DNA of 64,000 nucleotides. Source: Candidatus Dormibacteria bacterium. GTDB lineage: Bacteria > Chloroflexota > Dormibacteria > DASZGP01. Below, piece by piece: positions 29,606 to 40,568 of the stretch. The stretch is taken from NCBI GenBank assembly GCA_046262455.1, contig JBHEMS010000021.1, positions 38,429 through 102,428 on the forward strand. The letters are read 5' to 3'. A program made the position numbers and the translations under genes. The notes under the pieces are model-generated. The model saw only the letters and a program-made list of their open reading frames with translations. It had not been told where the DNA came from and did not search any database. Position 1 is the stretch's first letter; the number at the start of each line of letters is the position of its first letter.

Positions 29606-30386
29606 CCGCTGCACCTCCTTTTAACTGCGTGACGAAGGCTGCGGCGCTGCCGGCCGGGTCGTCCTCGGTCATGTGCTCGATGAGGGCGCTGCCGACGATG
29701 GCGGCGTCCACCTTGCCTGCCACGCGCTGGAGGTGTTCCGGCCGGGAGATTCCGAAGCCCAGGGCCAGTGGGGTGTCGGTGAGGGCCCGGATGCGTTCCA
29801 GCATGCCCTCAACCTCGCCCGGCAGGCTCTCCCGGCTCCCGGTCACTCCAGTCACCGAGATGCAGTAGATGAACCCGGTGGCCAACCGGGCCACAGTCCT
29901 CATCCGCTCCTCCGTGCTCGTCGGGGCGACGAAGAGTATCAAGTCCAGGCCGGCGTCACGGCACGCCCTGTGGATGCTCTCGGCCTCCTCCATCGACAGG
30001 TCGGGAAGGATCAACCCGTCCGCCCCGGCAGCCACCGCGTCGGCGCAGAAGCGCTCCAAACCGTAGGCCAGGATGGGGTTGATGTAGCCCATCAGGACCA
30101 GTGGCACGTCAACCCGCTCCCGGCATCTCCGAACGGTTTCGATGCAAAAACGAACCGTGACGCCATTCTTCAGAGCCCGCTGGGAGCTGGCCTGGACCGT
30201 GCGGCCCTCGGCCAGGGGGTCGGAGAAGGGGATGCCCAGCTCGAGAAAGTCGGTCCCCGCCGCGACCAGGGCCTCGACGATCGCGGGGGTGTCTTCGAGG
30301 TGGGGATGGCCGATGGTGACGAACATGGAGATGCCCAGCCGCCCGTCGGCGCGCAGGCGCTCGAATGTTGACGCGATCCGGCTCAT
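29595..30386 (-). CDS. trpA: Tryptophan synthase alpha chain
   Basis: MSRIASTFERLRADGRLGISMFVTIGHPHLEDTPAIVEALVAAGTDFLELGIPFSDPLAEGRTVQ...: TrpA signature. The ORF-track N-terminal extension to 30491 overlaps trpB. Confidence 0.9.
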   Translation of the reverse strand: MSRIASTFERLRADGRLGISMFVTIGHPHLEDTPAIVEALVAAGTDFLELGIPFSDPLAEGRTVQASSQRALKNGVTVRFCIETVRRCRERVDVPLVLMGYINPILAYGLERFCADAVAAGADGLILPDLSMEEAESIHRACRDAGLDLILFVAPTSTEERMRTVARLATGFIYCISVTGVTGSRESLPGEVEGMLERIRALTDTPLALGFGISRPEHLQRVAGKVDAAIVGSALIEHMTEDDPAGSAAAFVTQLKGGAAVGS

Positions 30387-30393
30387 CGCGGGC

Positions 30394-31582
<1,189 letters not shown>

Positions 31583-31590
<8 letters not shown>

Positions 31591-32215
31591 GGGCCACCAG
31601 CGCGGCTTCAGCGCGGCGAGCCTCTTTGACGAAGAGGCGGACCTGGTCGACGTCCTTGGAGCCCGGGCTGGACTCCAGGCGGCTGGAAGCGTCCACACCC
31701 CAGGGCCGCACCGCTGCGACCGCCGCTGCGACGTTGGCGCCGGAGAGACCGCCGCTGACCAGCAGCCGGTACCGCAGGGCCAGGTCCGCCACCCACTCCC
31801 ACGGGAAGGTCGTCCCGGTGCCCCCCGCCTTGCCGGGCACGTGGGCGTCGGCGAGGAGCAGGGCGCCCGGCGGCCAGGCGACCAGGGCCGCGCTCTGGGC
31901 GGACTCCATCCGCGCCGCCTTGATCACCGGGATTGGAAGTTCCGCGAAGTCCTCCCAGGACTCCCGCCCATGGAGCTGCACGGCGGTGAAGCCGGCCTCG
32001 GCCGCGACCTCCTCGACCTCGGCCCGGGGCCGGTCGACGAACACGCCAACGGCGTCGACCGAGCTCGGCAGCTCGCGGACGATGTCCCGCGCCCGCTCGA
32101 CGGTGAGAGACCGCGCCGAACCGGGGGCCATGATGAAGCCCAGCATGTCAGCGCCCGCCTCGACGGCCGCCAGCGCCGTCCCGACCGCGGTATTGCCGCA
32201 GACCTTGACCCGCAC
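31583..32215 (-). CDS. trpF: Phosphoribosylanthranilate isomerase
   Basis: [37 protein letters not shown]...: TrpF fold. Overlaps the trpB start by 8 nt. Confidence 0.88.
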
Positions 32216-33004
32216 CTATGCCGGCCTCACCATCACCGCTCCCAGCAGCGACCGCGCCGCCGCGCAGGGGTCTGGCGCCGTCATCAGCGCCTCGCCGATG
32301 AGCACCGCCCTGGCGCCGGCGGCCCCCGCGGCGATGACCTGGTCGCGGCTGTGGACCCCACTCTCGGCGACCAGCGGCAGGCCGGCCGGCAGCGCCGCCG
32401 CGACCCGGCCGAACCTGGTGTCGTCGACGTCAAAGGTGGCCAGGTCCCGCGAGTTGACGCCGATGAGGTCCGGCTTCGCCGCCAGCGCGGCCTCGAGTTC
32501 GGACTCCTCGTAGAGCTCGACCAGCGCCTGCAGGTTCAGCTCGTGGGCAGCCGCGGAGAGCTCGACCAGCTGGGCGGGCGGCACGATGCGCGCGACGAGC
32601 AGCACGCAGTCCGCGCCGTAGGCCGCAGCCTGCAGGAGCTGGCGCTGGTCGACGATGAAGTCCTTGCGGAGCAGGGGCACGTCGACGACCTCACGAGCGT
32701 CGCGCAGATCGAGCAGGCTTCCGCCGAAATCGGCGTTGGTCAGGATCGAGAGCGCGCTCGCGCCGGCCTGCACGTAGGCCCGGCACTGCTCGTGGATCGT
32801 CGCGCCCTCCTTCAGGGGCCCCCGGCTGGGGGAGCGCCGCTTGAACTCGGCGATCAGCGCGGGGCGGGGGCCGGCCTCGATGGCGGCGCGGAAATCGCGC
32901 GGGCGGTGACCCTGCGCAAGGTCCCGGAGCCTGGGGAGGTCAGGGGGATGCGCCTCGAGCTCCTCGCGGAGGCGGGCAACGATGGCGTCCAGGACGTCGG
33001 CCAT
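32216..33004 (-). CDS. trpC: Indole-3-glycerol phosphate synthase
   Basis: ...PALIAEFKRRSPSRGPLKEGATIHEQCRAYVQAGASALSILTNADFGGSLLDLR...: TrpC signature. Confidence 0.9.
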   Translation of the reverse strand: MADVLDAIVARLREELEAHPPDLPRLRDLAQGHRPRDFRAAIEAGPRPALIAEFKRRSPSRGPLKEGATIHEQCRAYVQAGASALSILTNADFGGSLLDLRDAREVVDVPLLRKDFIVDQRQLLQAAAYGADCVLLVARIVPPAQLVELSAAAHELNLQALVELYEESELEAALAAKPDLIGVNSRDLATFDVDDTRFGRVAAALPAGLPLVAESGVHSRDQVIAAGAAGARAVLIGEALMTAPDPCAAARSLLGAVMVRPA

Positions 33005-33603
33005 CAGGCGGGCGCCAGGGCGTGGGCGTGGCAGGCGTCGAGAAAGTTGCGCAGCATCTGGTGACCACCCTCAGTCAGGATCGACTCCGGGTGGAACTGG
33101 ACGCCCTCGACGGGGTGCTCGCGGTGACGGACGCCCATGACCACGCCATCGTCGGTGCGCGCGGTCACCTCCAACTCCGCCGGGACGGTGGCGGGGTCGA
33201 TCACCAGCGAGTGGTACCGTGTGGCGCTGAACGGATTGGCCAGCCCCGCGAAGACGCCGCGGCCGTCGTGGTGGATGGTCGAAAGCTTGCCGTGCATCAC
33301 CCGGGGCGCGCGCACGACGCTGGCGCCGTAGGCCTCACCGATGCACTGGTGGCCGAGGCAGACCCCGAGTACCGGTAGCCGGTCGCCCAGCTCGCGGACC
33401 AGGTCGGTGCTGATCCCCGCCTCGGCCGGTGTGCAGGGCCCGGGGGAGATGACCACGCCCAGCGGCTGTCGCGTCGCGACCTCGGTGAGGGTCAGGCTGT
33501 CGTTGCGGACAACCTCAGGCGAATCCCCGAGCTCGGCCAGGTACTGGACCAGGTTGTACGTGAAGGAGTCGTAGTTGTCTACGACCAGGACCCGGCCGAT
33601 CAC
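33004..33603 (-). CDS. trpG: Anthranilate synthase component II (glutamine amidotransferase)
   Basis: MIGRVLVVDNYDSFTYNLVQYLAELG...LGVCLGHQCIGEAYG...: class-I GATase catalytic Cys and His. Not fused to TrpD. Confidence 0.9.
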   Translation of the reverse strand: MIGRVLVVDNYDSFTYNLVQYLAELGDSPEVVRNDSLTLTEVATRQPLGVVISPGPCTPAEAGISTDLVRELGDRLPVLGVCLGHQCIGEAYGASVVRAPRVMHGKLSTIHHDGRGVFAGLANPFSATRYHSLVIDPATVPAELEVTARTDDGVVMGVRHREHPVEGVQFHPESILTEGGHQMLRNFLDACHAHALAPA

Positions 33604-35138
33604 GGCAGCCGTGGCTCGTGGGCGAGCCCCACCGCCCGGCGCAGGGCCGCCAGCTTGTTCTCCACCTCGAGGAGTTCCTCGTCAGGCGAGGAGTCGGCAA
33701 CGACGCCGGCCGCCGCCTGGAGGTAGGCGTAGTCGTCCTTGACGACGGCGGTCCGGATCGCGATGCAGGTGTCCAGGTTGCCCGAGAAGCCGAAATATCC
33801 CACCGCCCCCGCGTAGACCCCCCGGGCCTCGCGCTCCATCTCGGTGATGATCTCCATGGCCCTGATCTTAGGAGCGCCGGTCACCGTCCCCGCGGGGAAG
33901 CAATCGCGCAGGGCGTCGAAGGCCGTTCGCCCCCGGGCCAGGCGGGCGGTGACCCGGCTCACGAGGTGCATGACCGCCGAGTACCGCTCGACCAGGAAGA
34001 GCTCCGGGACCTTCACCGAGCCCACCTCGGCGAAGCGGCCGACGTCGTTGCGCCCGAGATCGACCAGCATGAGGTGCTCGGCGCGTTCCTTCTCGGAGGT
34101 CAACAGCTCCGCCTCCAGCTCGGCGTCCCGCTCTGGGGTGCGCCCGCGCTTGCGGGTACCGGCGATCGGCCGGTACTCGACCTCGCCGTCCTCCACCCGC
34201 ACCAGGATCTCGGGAGACGTCCCCACGATGGCGGTTCCCCGACGCAACTCGCCGGCGTGGCCCGGAAGCCGCAGGTAGTACATGTAGGGCGACGGGTTGA
34301 CGGTGCGCAGGACCCGGTACAGGTAGAAGGGATGCGCCGTCATCGGCACCCGCAGCCGGCGTGACACCTGGACTTGGAAGATGTCCCCACTGAGGATGTA
34401 CTCCTGGCACCGGCGGACGGCGGCCTTGAAGTCGTCCGCAGTGGAGTTCCAGGCCTCTGCCTCGGGCGCCCCACCTGCCCGTTCGGCGCCGTATCCCGGC
34501 CCCGGCGGCGCGTCGGTGCAGTCGAGGCGGCGGGCCATCTCCTGGACCCGCGCCGCGGCCGCCGCGTAGGCCTCCTCGACGGTGACACCGGGCTCGATGC
34601 GCGCGTGGCTGATGATCGTGCGCCGGTGCAGCAGGTGGTCGAACACCACCACGTTGTCCGTGAGGAAGAAGACGCCATCCGACATCCCCAGGGGGTCGCC
34701 GGCGGGTTCCGGCAACTTCTCGAAGTAGCGGGCGGCCTCGTAGCCCAGGTAGCCGACCAGTCCGCCTGAGAACCGCGCCGCGAGGTCGGCGGGCGGCGCC
34801 TGCCGGTAGCGTTCGACCACCCCGCGCAGCAGCTCCACAGGGTCATCGAAGTCCTCCTGGCGCGTCACCCCGCCCTCGACGATCTCCGCGCGTCCGGCGT
34901 CGAGGGTCACCGAGGCCAGGGGCTCCCCCCCAATGAACGAGTAGCGTCCCAGGCGCTCGCCGCCCTCGACCGACTCCAGGAGAAAGCCCGGCCCGTCGCC
35001 GTTCAGACGCCAGTAAGCCGCGACCGGCGTCTCGGTGTCGGCGAGGTCGCAGCGATAGACGGCGACGAGGTTGTGCTCGGTCGCCAGCCGCCTGACCTCC
35101 TCGAGGCCGGGCTGGATCTCACCGCGTGGTTCGGTCAC
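33600..35138 (-). CDS. trpE: Anthranilate synthase component I
   Basis: The C-terminal chorismate-binding domain is ...GTVTGAPKIRAMEIITEMEREARGVYAGAVGYFGFSGNLDTCIAIRTAV.... The real start is the GTG at 35138 (VTEPRGEIQPGLEEVRRLATEHNLVAVYRC...), which overlaps the aminotransferase stop (GTGA). The ORF-track extension to 35588 is out of context. Confidence 0.88.
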   Translation of the reverse strand: MTEPRGEIQPGLEEVRRLATEHNLVAVYRCDLADTETPVAAYWRLNGDGPGFLLESVEGGERLGRYSFIGGEPLASVTLDAGRAEIVEGGVTRQEDFDDPVELLRGVVERYRQAPPADLAARFSGGLVGYLGYEAARYFEKLPEPAGDPLGMSDGVFFLTDNVVVFDHLLHRRTIISHARIEPGVTVEEAYAAAAARVQEMARRLDCTDAPPGPGYGAERAGGAPEAEAWNSTADDFKAAVRRCQEYILSGDIFQVQVSRRLRVPMTAHPFYLYRVLRTVNPSPYMYYLRLPGHAGELRRGTAIVGTSPEILVRVEDGEVEYRPIAGTRKRGRTPERDAELEAELLTSEKERAEHLMLVDLGRNDVGRFAEVGSVKVPELFLVERYSAVMHLVSRVTARLARGRTAFDALRDCFPAGTVTGAPKIRAMEIITEMEREARGVYAGAVGYFGFSGNLDTCIAIRTAVVKDDYAYLQAAAGVVADSSPDEELLEVENKLAALRRAVGLAHEPRLP

Positions 35139-36304
35139 GACGCCGCGAGGAAGTCGCGTATGCGGCGAAGGCCCTCCTGCAAGTTCTCGACCGAGGTCGC
35201 GTAGCTGAGACGGATGTAGCCCTCGCCCATGGGGCCGAACGCGGTGCCGGGGAGCACCGCGACCCCCGCTTTGGCCAGCAGCGCGTCGGCCAGGACCTTG
35301 TGGTCCCAGCCGGTCTCGGTCACGTTGGGCATGACGTAGAAAGCACCGCCCGGTCGGTGGCAGCGGATCCCCGGTATCTCGTTCAGTCCATCCACCACCA
35401 CGTCGCGGCGACGGCGGTACTCGTTCACCATGCGGGCGATGGAAACGTCGGAGTCCGGCGAGTCCAGCGCGGTCATCGTCGCCACCTGGATGAACGCCGT
35501 CGCGCAGGAGCTGCTGTTGATCATCAACGTCTCCATGTGCTTGATGAGCTCCGCGGGCGCGAGCCCGATGCCCAGCCGCCAGCCGCACATCGCGTAAGCC
35601 TTTGACAGGCCGTCCATCACGATGGTGCGTTCCTTCATGCCGGGGAGCTCGGCGATGGAGGTCACCGGTCCGTCATACGCGATCTGTGAGTAGATCTCGT
35701 CTGAGACGATCCACAGGTCGCGCTCGACGGCAACCCGGGCGACCTCCAGGAGGTCGTCGCGCTCGAGGATCCCGCCGGTGGGGTTCTGGGGTGAGTTGAG
35801 GATCACCATCCGGGTACGGTCGGTGACGAGTGCCTTGAACTCTTCCGCGTCGAACCGAAAACCGCGCTCTTCACGCAGGGGCACGCGCACCGGCGTGGCC
35901 CCCATGAAGCTGACCAGGGACTGGTAGATGGGGTACCCGGGGTCGGGCAGGATGACCTCGTCGCCGTCCTGGATCAACGCCATCATCGCGAACATCAGGA
36001 TGTTCTTGCTGCCGGGCGTCAGGATCACCTCGTTGCCCTGGCACTCTGTGTTCAGCCTCCGCGAGTAGTGGGCCGCGACAGCCTCGCGCACCTCCGGGAT
36101 GCCGCCAGCCGGCGTGTAGTGGGTATAGCCGTCCTCGATCGCCGCCTCCGCGGCCGCGATGATGTGTGGGGGCGTGGCGAAGTCCGGCTCGCCGATCTCC
36201 AGGTGGACGATGCTGACACCGTCGGCCTCCAGGCGTTTGGCGCGTGCGAGGACCTCGAAGGCCGACTCTGTTCCCAGCAGATTCATGCGGTTGGCGAGGC
36301 GCAT
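35135..36304 (-). CDS. Class I/II pyridoxal-phosphate aminotransferase (aspartate/aromatic aminotransferase family)
   Basis: ...NPTGGILERDDLLEVARVAVERDLWIVSDEIYSQIAYDG...SKAYAMCGWRLGIG...: PLP-lysine (SKAY) and the AspB-like fold. First gene of the trp/aro supraoperon. Confidence 0.82.
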   Translation of the reverse strand: MRLANRMNLLGTESAFEVLARAKRLEADGVSIVHLEIGEPDFATPPHIIAAAEAAIEDGYTHYTPAGGIPEVREAVAAHYSRRLNTECQGNEVILTPGSKNILMFAMMALIQDGDEVILPDPGYPIYQSLVSFMGATPVRVPLREERGFRFDAEEFKALVTDRTRMVILNSPQNPTGGILERDDLLEVARVAVERDLWIVSDEIYSQIAYDGPVTSIAELPGMKERTIVMDGLSKAYAMCGWRLGIGLAPAELIKHMETLMINSSSCATAFIQVATMTALDSPDSDVSIARMVNEYRRRRDVVVDGLNEIPGIRCHRPGGAFYVMPNVTETGWDHKVLADALLAKAGVAVLPGTAFGPMGEGYIRLSYATSVENLQEGLRRIRDFLAAS

Positions 36305-36319
36305 AGTCAGGCGAGTCTA

Positions 36320-38608
36320 GTGGGGAACGGGCCGCCTGCCTCACAATTGACATCGATCGTGCTCAACTTTGGTGGGAACTCACTGTGGCAGCGCGTAAAA
36401 CAGGCGCGCCTGTCGACCAAGATCCTCCTGTTCTTCATCGTGGCGACATTGCTGCCCCTGTACGGCATGCTGGCGCTGACGCTCTCCGCGAACTCCTCGA
36501 TCCTGAGGTCCCAACAGCTGGAGAACCTGTCCAGCCGGGCCGTCGGCCTGTCGGCCCAGACCAGGGACCAGCTCGACAGCTGGAGCACTGCCGCCGCCCT
36601 GCTCAGCGCCGACCCCGTCGTCATACGGTCGGCGGCGGGCGACGCCGGCAGCGACGCCGACGCGGTCGATGCGCTCCGGCGGATGCAGAAATCGGACCGC
36701 AGCTTCCGGGTCGCCTTTCTCATGGACCGCAACGGGACGGTGGTCCGGAGCAGCGACCCCGCGCTCAACGGCAACCAGGAGTTCGCCCCGGCGCAGTTCT
36801 ACAAGCAGGCGATCGGCGGGGCTGCCGCGGTCTCAGACCTCTACATAGGGCGCGCCGCGCCGGTGCCCGCGATATATATCGCGAACCCAGTGCGCGACGC
36901 GGTCGGCAGCGTCGTGGCGGCAGTCGTGCTGCAGGCCAGCCCGGACAAGATCATCGGGTTCTTCAACCCCAGCCTGCTGGGCCAGCAGCGCTACGCGATG
37001 CTGCTCGACCAGCACGGCGTGGTCATCGGCACCAGCGGCCCCCAGGGCATCCTCTACCACAGCCTGGCCCCCCTGAACCCCACCGACCAGGCGGCGCTGA
37101 AGCGGAGCGGCAACTATGGCGTGAACGGTGTCCCCGACCTGGGGATGACCGACCTCGCCGACCAGGTCACCGCCGGCAACGGCCCCGGCAACACGACGGC
37201 CTATTTCGGGCCGGATGCACAGCGTGAAGTATTCGGTTTCGCACCCATCGGAGGGATCCGCCAGGGCTGGCGGGTGCTGGTGGCCCAGCCGGAGGTGGCG
37301 TTCCTGGCCCCCATCGACCAGGCAACGCGCAACTACGCGCTGTTCACCAGCCTCGCGGCGATGGTCATCCTGATCGTCATCTACCTGGTGGCCAAGATGT
37401 TCGAGCGCACCGAGCGGCAGTCCCTGACCGACTCCCTGACCGGGCTACCCAACCGCCGCTACTTCCACGACATCCTGCAGCGCGAGATGGTCCGCAGCCA
37501 GCGCAACCATCGCCCCCTCTCCATGATCAACACCGATCTCGACCACTTCAAGAAGATCAACGATGAGTACGGCCACCAGAAGGGCGACGAAATTCTCAAG
37601 GGTTTCGCCAAGGTCCTGAGGGACCAGGTCCGGTCGATCGACCTGCCGGTGCGCTTTGGCGGCGAGGAGTTCCTGGTGCTGCTCCCCGACACCGACAAGG
37701 AGGGCGCCATGATGGTGGCGGAAAAGATCCGCCGCTCGGCCGACCGGCTGTCGGTCCCCCGCCTGGGCAGTATCCCCGGCAGGAAGGTCACCGTGTCCTG
37801 TGGCGTCGCCACGTACCCTGACGACTGCGCCGGCGACGAAGAGTTGATGCGCAGCTCCGACCAGGCCATGTACCTGGCCAAGAACCTAGGGCGCAACCAG
37901 GTGGTTGGCTACGGCATGGAGAGTGGGGTCAGCAGCCTGGCCAAGAACCCGGAGAAGGTCCACCTCCTGGTCCAGAACGCCAACAGGGCCACCATCGAGG
38001 CCCTGGCGGCGGCGATCGATGCCCGCGACACATACACCCACGGCCATTCCCACCGAGTCGCCGACTACGCGCGGGTGATCGCCGGCGAGATCGAGGACGA
38101 ACCGGTGGACCTCGAGTCGCTGCACCTCGGCGCCCTGCTCCACGATGTTGGGAAGATCGGCATCTCCGACACCCTGCTGCGGAAGCCGGGCAAGCTCACC
38201 CCCGAGGAGTACGAGATCATCAAGAGCCACGCCACCATCGGTTACGAGATGGTCCGGGGGGTGGACTTCCTCAAGGAAGTCGGGCCGATCATCCTCCACC
38301 ACCACGAGAATTTCGGCGGGGGCGGCTACCCGAATGGAATCTCCGGTAAGGACATCCCGGTGGCGTCGCGCATCATCATGGTCTGCGATGCGTTCGACGC
38401 CATGACCTCCACGCGAACCTACCGCGTCGCGGGCTCCGTCGAGCGGGCGCTCGACGAACTGAGCAAACACCAGGGACGCCAGTTCGACCCCGACATCGTC
38501 GACGCCCTCAAGAGCGCGGTTCGCAAGGGCAAGCTCAAGCTCCTCAACGAGCCGCCACCGACCGCCGCCCAGCTGGAGGCGATGGCGGTGGCGACGCCCG
38601 GGCAGTGA
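36320..38608 (+). CDS. Membrane-anchored sensor protein with periplasmic (Cache-like) domain, GGDEF diguanylate cyclase domain and C-terminal HD-GYP phosphodiesterase domain
   Basis: TM helix (ILLFFIVATLLPLYGMLALTL), a ~260-aa extracytoplasmic region, a second TM helix, then GGDEF with an intact RFGGEEF motif, then HD-GYP (HSHRVADYA...HDVGKIGISD...HHHENFGGGGYPNG). The start is ambiguous: GTG at 36320 or 36359, or TTG at 36347. The ORF-track start at 36068 overlaps the divergent aminotransferase gene. Confidence 0.8.
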   Translation: MGNGPPASQLTSIVLNFGGNSLWQRVKQARLSTKILLFFIVATLLPLYGMLALTLSANSSILRSQQLENLSSRAVGLSAQTRDQLDSWSTAAALLSADPVVIRSAAGDAGSDADAVDALRRMQKSDRSFRVAFLMDRNGTVVRSSDPALNGNQEFAPAQFYKQAIGGAAAVSDLYIGRAAPVPAIYIANPVRDAVGSVVAAVVLQASPDKIIGFFNPSLLGQQRYAMLLDQHGVVIGTSGPQGILYHSLAPLNPTDQAALKRSGNYGVNGVPDLGMTDLADQVTAGNGPGNTTAYFGPDAQREVFGFAPIGGIRQGWRVLVAQPEVAFLAPIDQATRNYALFTSLAAMVILIVIYLVAKMFERTERQSLTDSLTGLPNRRYFHDILQREMVRSQRNHRPLSMINTDLDHFKKINDEYGHQKGDEILKGFAKVLRDQVRSIDLPVRFGGEEFLVLLPDTDKEGAMMVAEKIRRSADRLSVPRLGSIPGRKVTVSCGVATYPDDCAGDEELMRSSDQAMYLAKNLGRNQVVGYGMESGVSSLAKNPEKVHLLVQNANRATIEALAAAIDARDTYTHGHSHRVADYARVIAGEIEDEPVDLESLHLGALLHDVGKIGISDTLLRKPGKLTPEEYEIIKSHATIGYEMVRGVDFLKEVGPIILHHHENFGGGGYPNGISGKDIPVASRIIMVCDAFDAMTSTRTYRVAGSVERALDELSKHQGRQFDPDIVDALKSAVRKGKLKLLNEPPPTAAQLEAMAVATPGQ

Positions 38609-38675
38609 TCGCGACCTTGCCGGGCGCTGAGTTCAGAGTCTTATCCTTGAACTGCCCGCCCAACAGAGGTTCGCA

Positions 38676-40568
38676 TTGCTCGCCCAGGAAGAACAGACCA
38701 CCGAGAAGACCAAGCCCGTAGTCAACGACTTCACCTTCCAGGCCGCGACGATCAACGGCTCCGGAAGTCAGTCCTCCAACCTGATCATCGCCCGGACCAT
38801 CTTCTCGATGGGGATCCCGGTCTCGCCGAAGAACGTTTTCCCCTCGAACATCGAAGGGCTTCCGACCTGGTTCTCGATCCGGCTCAGCCCTGACGGCTAC
38901 CAGTGCCGCACCGACCAGGTAAACGTCCTGGTCGCCCTCAACCCCACCACCTGGCAACGTGACATCCAGGGTGTCGACAGCGGAGCGGCAGTGATCCACG
39001 AGGCCACCTACCCGGTCACCGGGAACATGAAGCGAGACGACGTCAACTACTACGCCGTCCCGTTCCACAAGCTGGGCCAGGAGCACGTCGACAACCCGGA
39101 CCTGCGGAAGTACCTCACGAACATGATCTATGTCGGCAGTGTCGCTTGGCTCCTGGGCATCCCCCTGGACACCGTCGAGAACTCCCTCGCGCAGCAGTTC
39201 GCCAAGAAGCCGAAGGTCATCCCCTCCAACATGAAGATGATCAAGCTGGGCCACGACTTCATGGTGGAAAACCACCAGAAGCGTGACCCCTTCACGGTGA
39301 AGCCGATGAAGGGCCAGACCGAGGGCAAGATCCTCATCGAGGGCAATCAGTCCCTGGCGCTGGGCGCCATCATGGGAGGCTGCACGGTGGCCGCGTGGTA
39401 CCCCATCACCCCGTCATCCAGTGTCTGCGAGTACCTCGACCAGTACGCCAACCAGTTCCGCATCGACCCCAAGACGGGCGAGAAGCGGATCGCCATCATC
39501 CAGGCCGAGGACGAATTGGCGGCCATCGGCATGGTGATCGGCGCGGGCTGGGCGGGGGCCCGCTCGATGACCGCCACCTCCGGACCGGGCCTGTCGCTGA
39601 TGGCCGAGTTCGCCGGCCTCGCGTACTACGCCGAGGTCCCTGCGGTGGTCATGGACATCCAGCGCATCGGCCCGTCGACGGGGTTGCCCACGCGCACGTC
39701 GCAGGGCGACATCGAGTTCGCTCACCTGCTCTCCCACGGGGACACCAAGCACATCGTGCTGATCCCGGGGACGGTTGAGGAGTGCTACGAGATGGGCCAG
39801 CTGGCCTTTGACCTCGCCGAACAGTTACAGACCATCGTCTTCGTACTCAGCGACCTCGACCTCGGAATGAACCTCTGGATGTCGGACAAGTTCAAGTACC
39901 CGGCGCGCAAGTTCGACCGCGGCAAGGTGCTGAGCGCCAAGGACCTGGAGCGCATCGGCGAGTGGGGTCGCTACAAGGATGTGGACGACGACGGGATCCC
40001 GTGGCGCACGCTGCCGGGCACCAACCACCCTTCGGCGGGGTACTTCACCCGGGGCTCCGGCCACGACGAGTACGCCAACTACACCGAGCTCCCGGAGGTC
40101 TATGAGCGGGTCATGGACCGGCTCAAGAAGAAGTACAAGTCGGCGCGGAAATTCGTGCCCAAGCCGATCATCGAGGACGAGGGCAATGACGTCGGCATCA
40201 TCGCCTATGGCACCACGCACCACGCGGTGGTCGAGGCTCGCCAGGAGCTGGAGGCACGCGGGCTGAAGACCGACTACTGCCGGGTTCGAGCGATACCGCA
40301 TCCCCAGGAGGTCATGAAGTTCATCGTCAAGCATGAGCGGGTCTACGTCGTCGAGCAGAACCGGGACGGTCAGATGTACGACCTACTCCGCCTGACCCTC
40401 AACCCGACCCAGGACAACCTGTTGTCGGTGCGCCACTATGACGGGACCCCGATCCCCTCGCGGGCGATCGTGGCTCCGATCCTCATCGAGGAGGGCATCG
40501 CCTCGCCGTCCGAGTTCCGGCGTGCCCGCCAGGTGTACGCGCTGCCAGTGGAGGCCGCCAACGCATGA
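38676..40568 (+). CDS. korA: 2-oxoglutarate:ferredoxin oxidoreductase alpha subunit (fused alpha/gamma, KorA-type)
   Basis: 630 aa. ...FQAATINGSGSQSSNLIIARTIFSMGIPVSPKNVFPSNIEGLPTWF...: OFOR gamma-like N-terminus followed by the alpha domain. TTG start with AGAGG SD. Actinobacterial KorAB-like. Confidence 0.8.
   Translation: MLAQEEQTTEKTKPVVNDFTFQAATINGSGSQSSNLIIARTIFSMGIPVSPKNVFPSNIEGLPTWFSIRLSPDGYQCRTDQVNVLVALNPTTWQRDIQGVDSGAAVIHEATYPVTGNMKRDDVNYYAVPFHKLGQEHVDNPDLRKYLTNMIYVGSVAWLLGIPLDTVENSLAQQFAKKPKVIPSNMKMIKLGHDFMVENHQKRDPFTVKPMKGQTEGKILIEGNQSLALGAIMGGCTVAAWYPITPSSSVCEYLDQYANQFRIDPKTGEKRIAIIQAEDELAAIGMVIGAGWAGARSMTATSGPGLSLMAEFAGLAYYAEVPAVVMDIQRIGPSTGLPTRTSQGDIEFAHLLSHGDTKHIVLIPGTVEECYEMGQLAFDLAEQLQTIVFVLSDLDLGMNLWMSDKFKYPARKFDRGKVLSAKDLERIGEWGRYKDVDDDGIPWRTLPGTNHPSAGYFTRGSGHDEYANYTELPEVYERVMDRLKKKYKSARKFVPKPIIEDEGNDVGIIAYGTTHHAVVEARQELEARGLKTDYCRVRAIPHPQEVMKFIVKHERVYVVEQNRDGQMYDLLRLTLNPTQDNLLSVRHYDGTPIPSRAIVAPILIEEGIASPSEFRRARQVYALPVEAANA

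Noticed and set aside
38609-38675. Inverted repeat AGTTCA-N12-TGAACT in the korA leader, downstream of the GGDEF gene
   Set aside because: It has only a 6-bp AT-containing stem with a 12-nt loop and no U-tract. It is too weak to call a terminator or an operator without comparative data.
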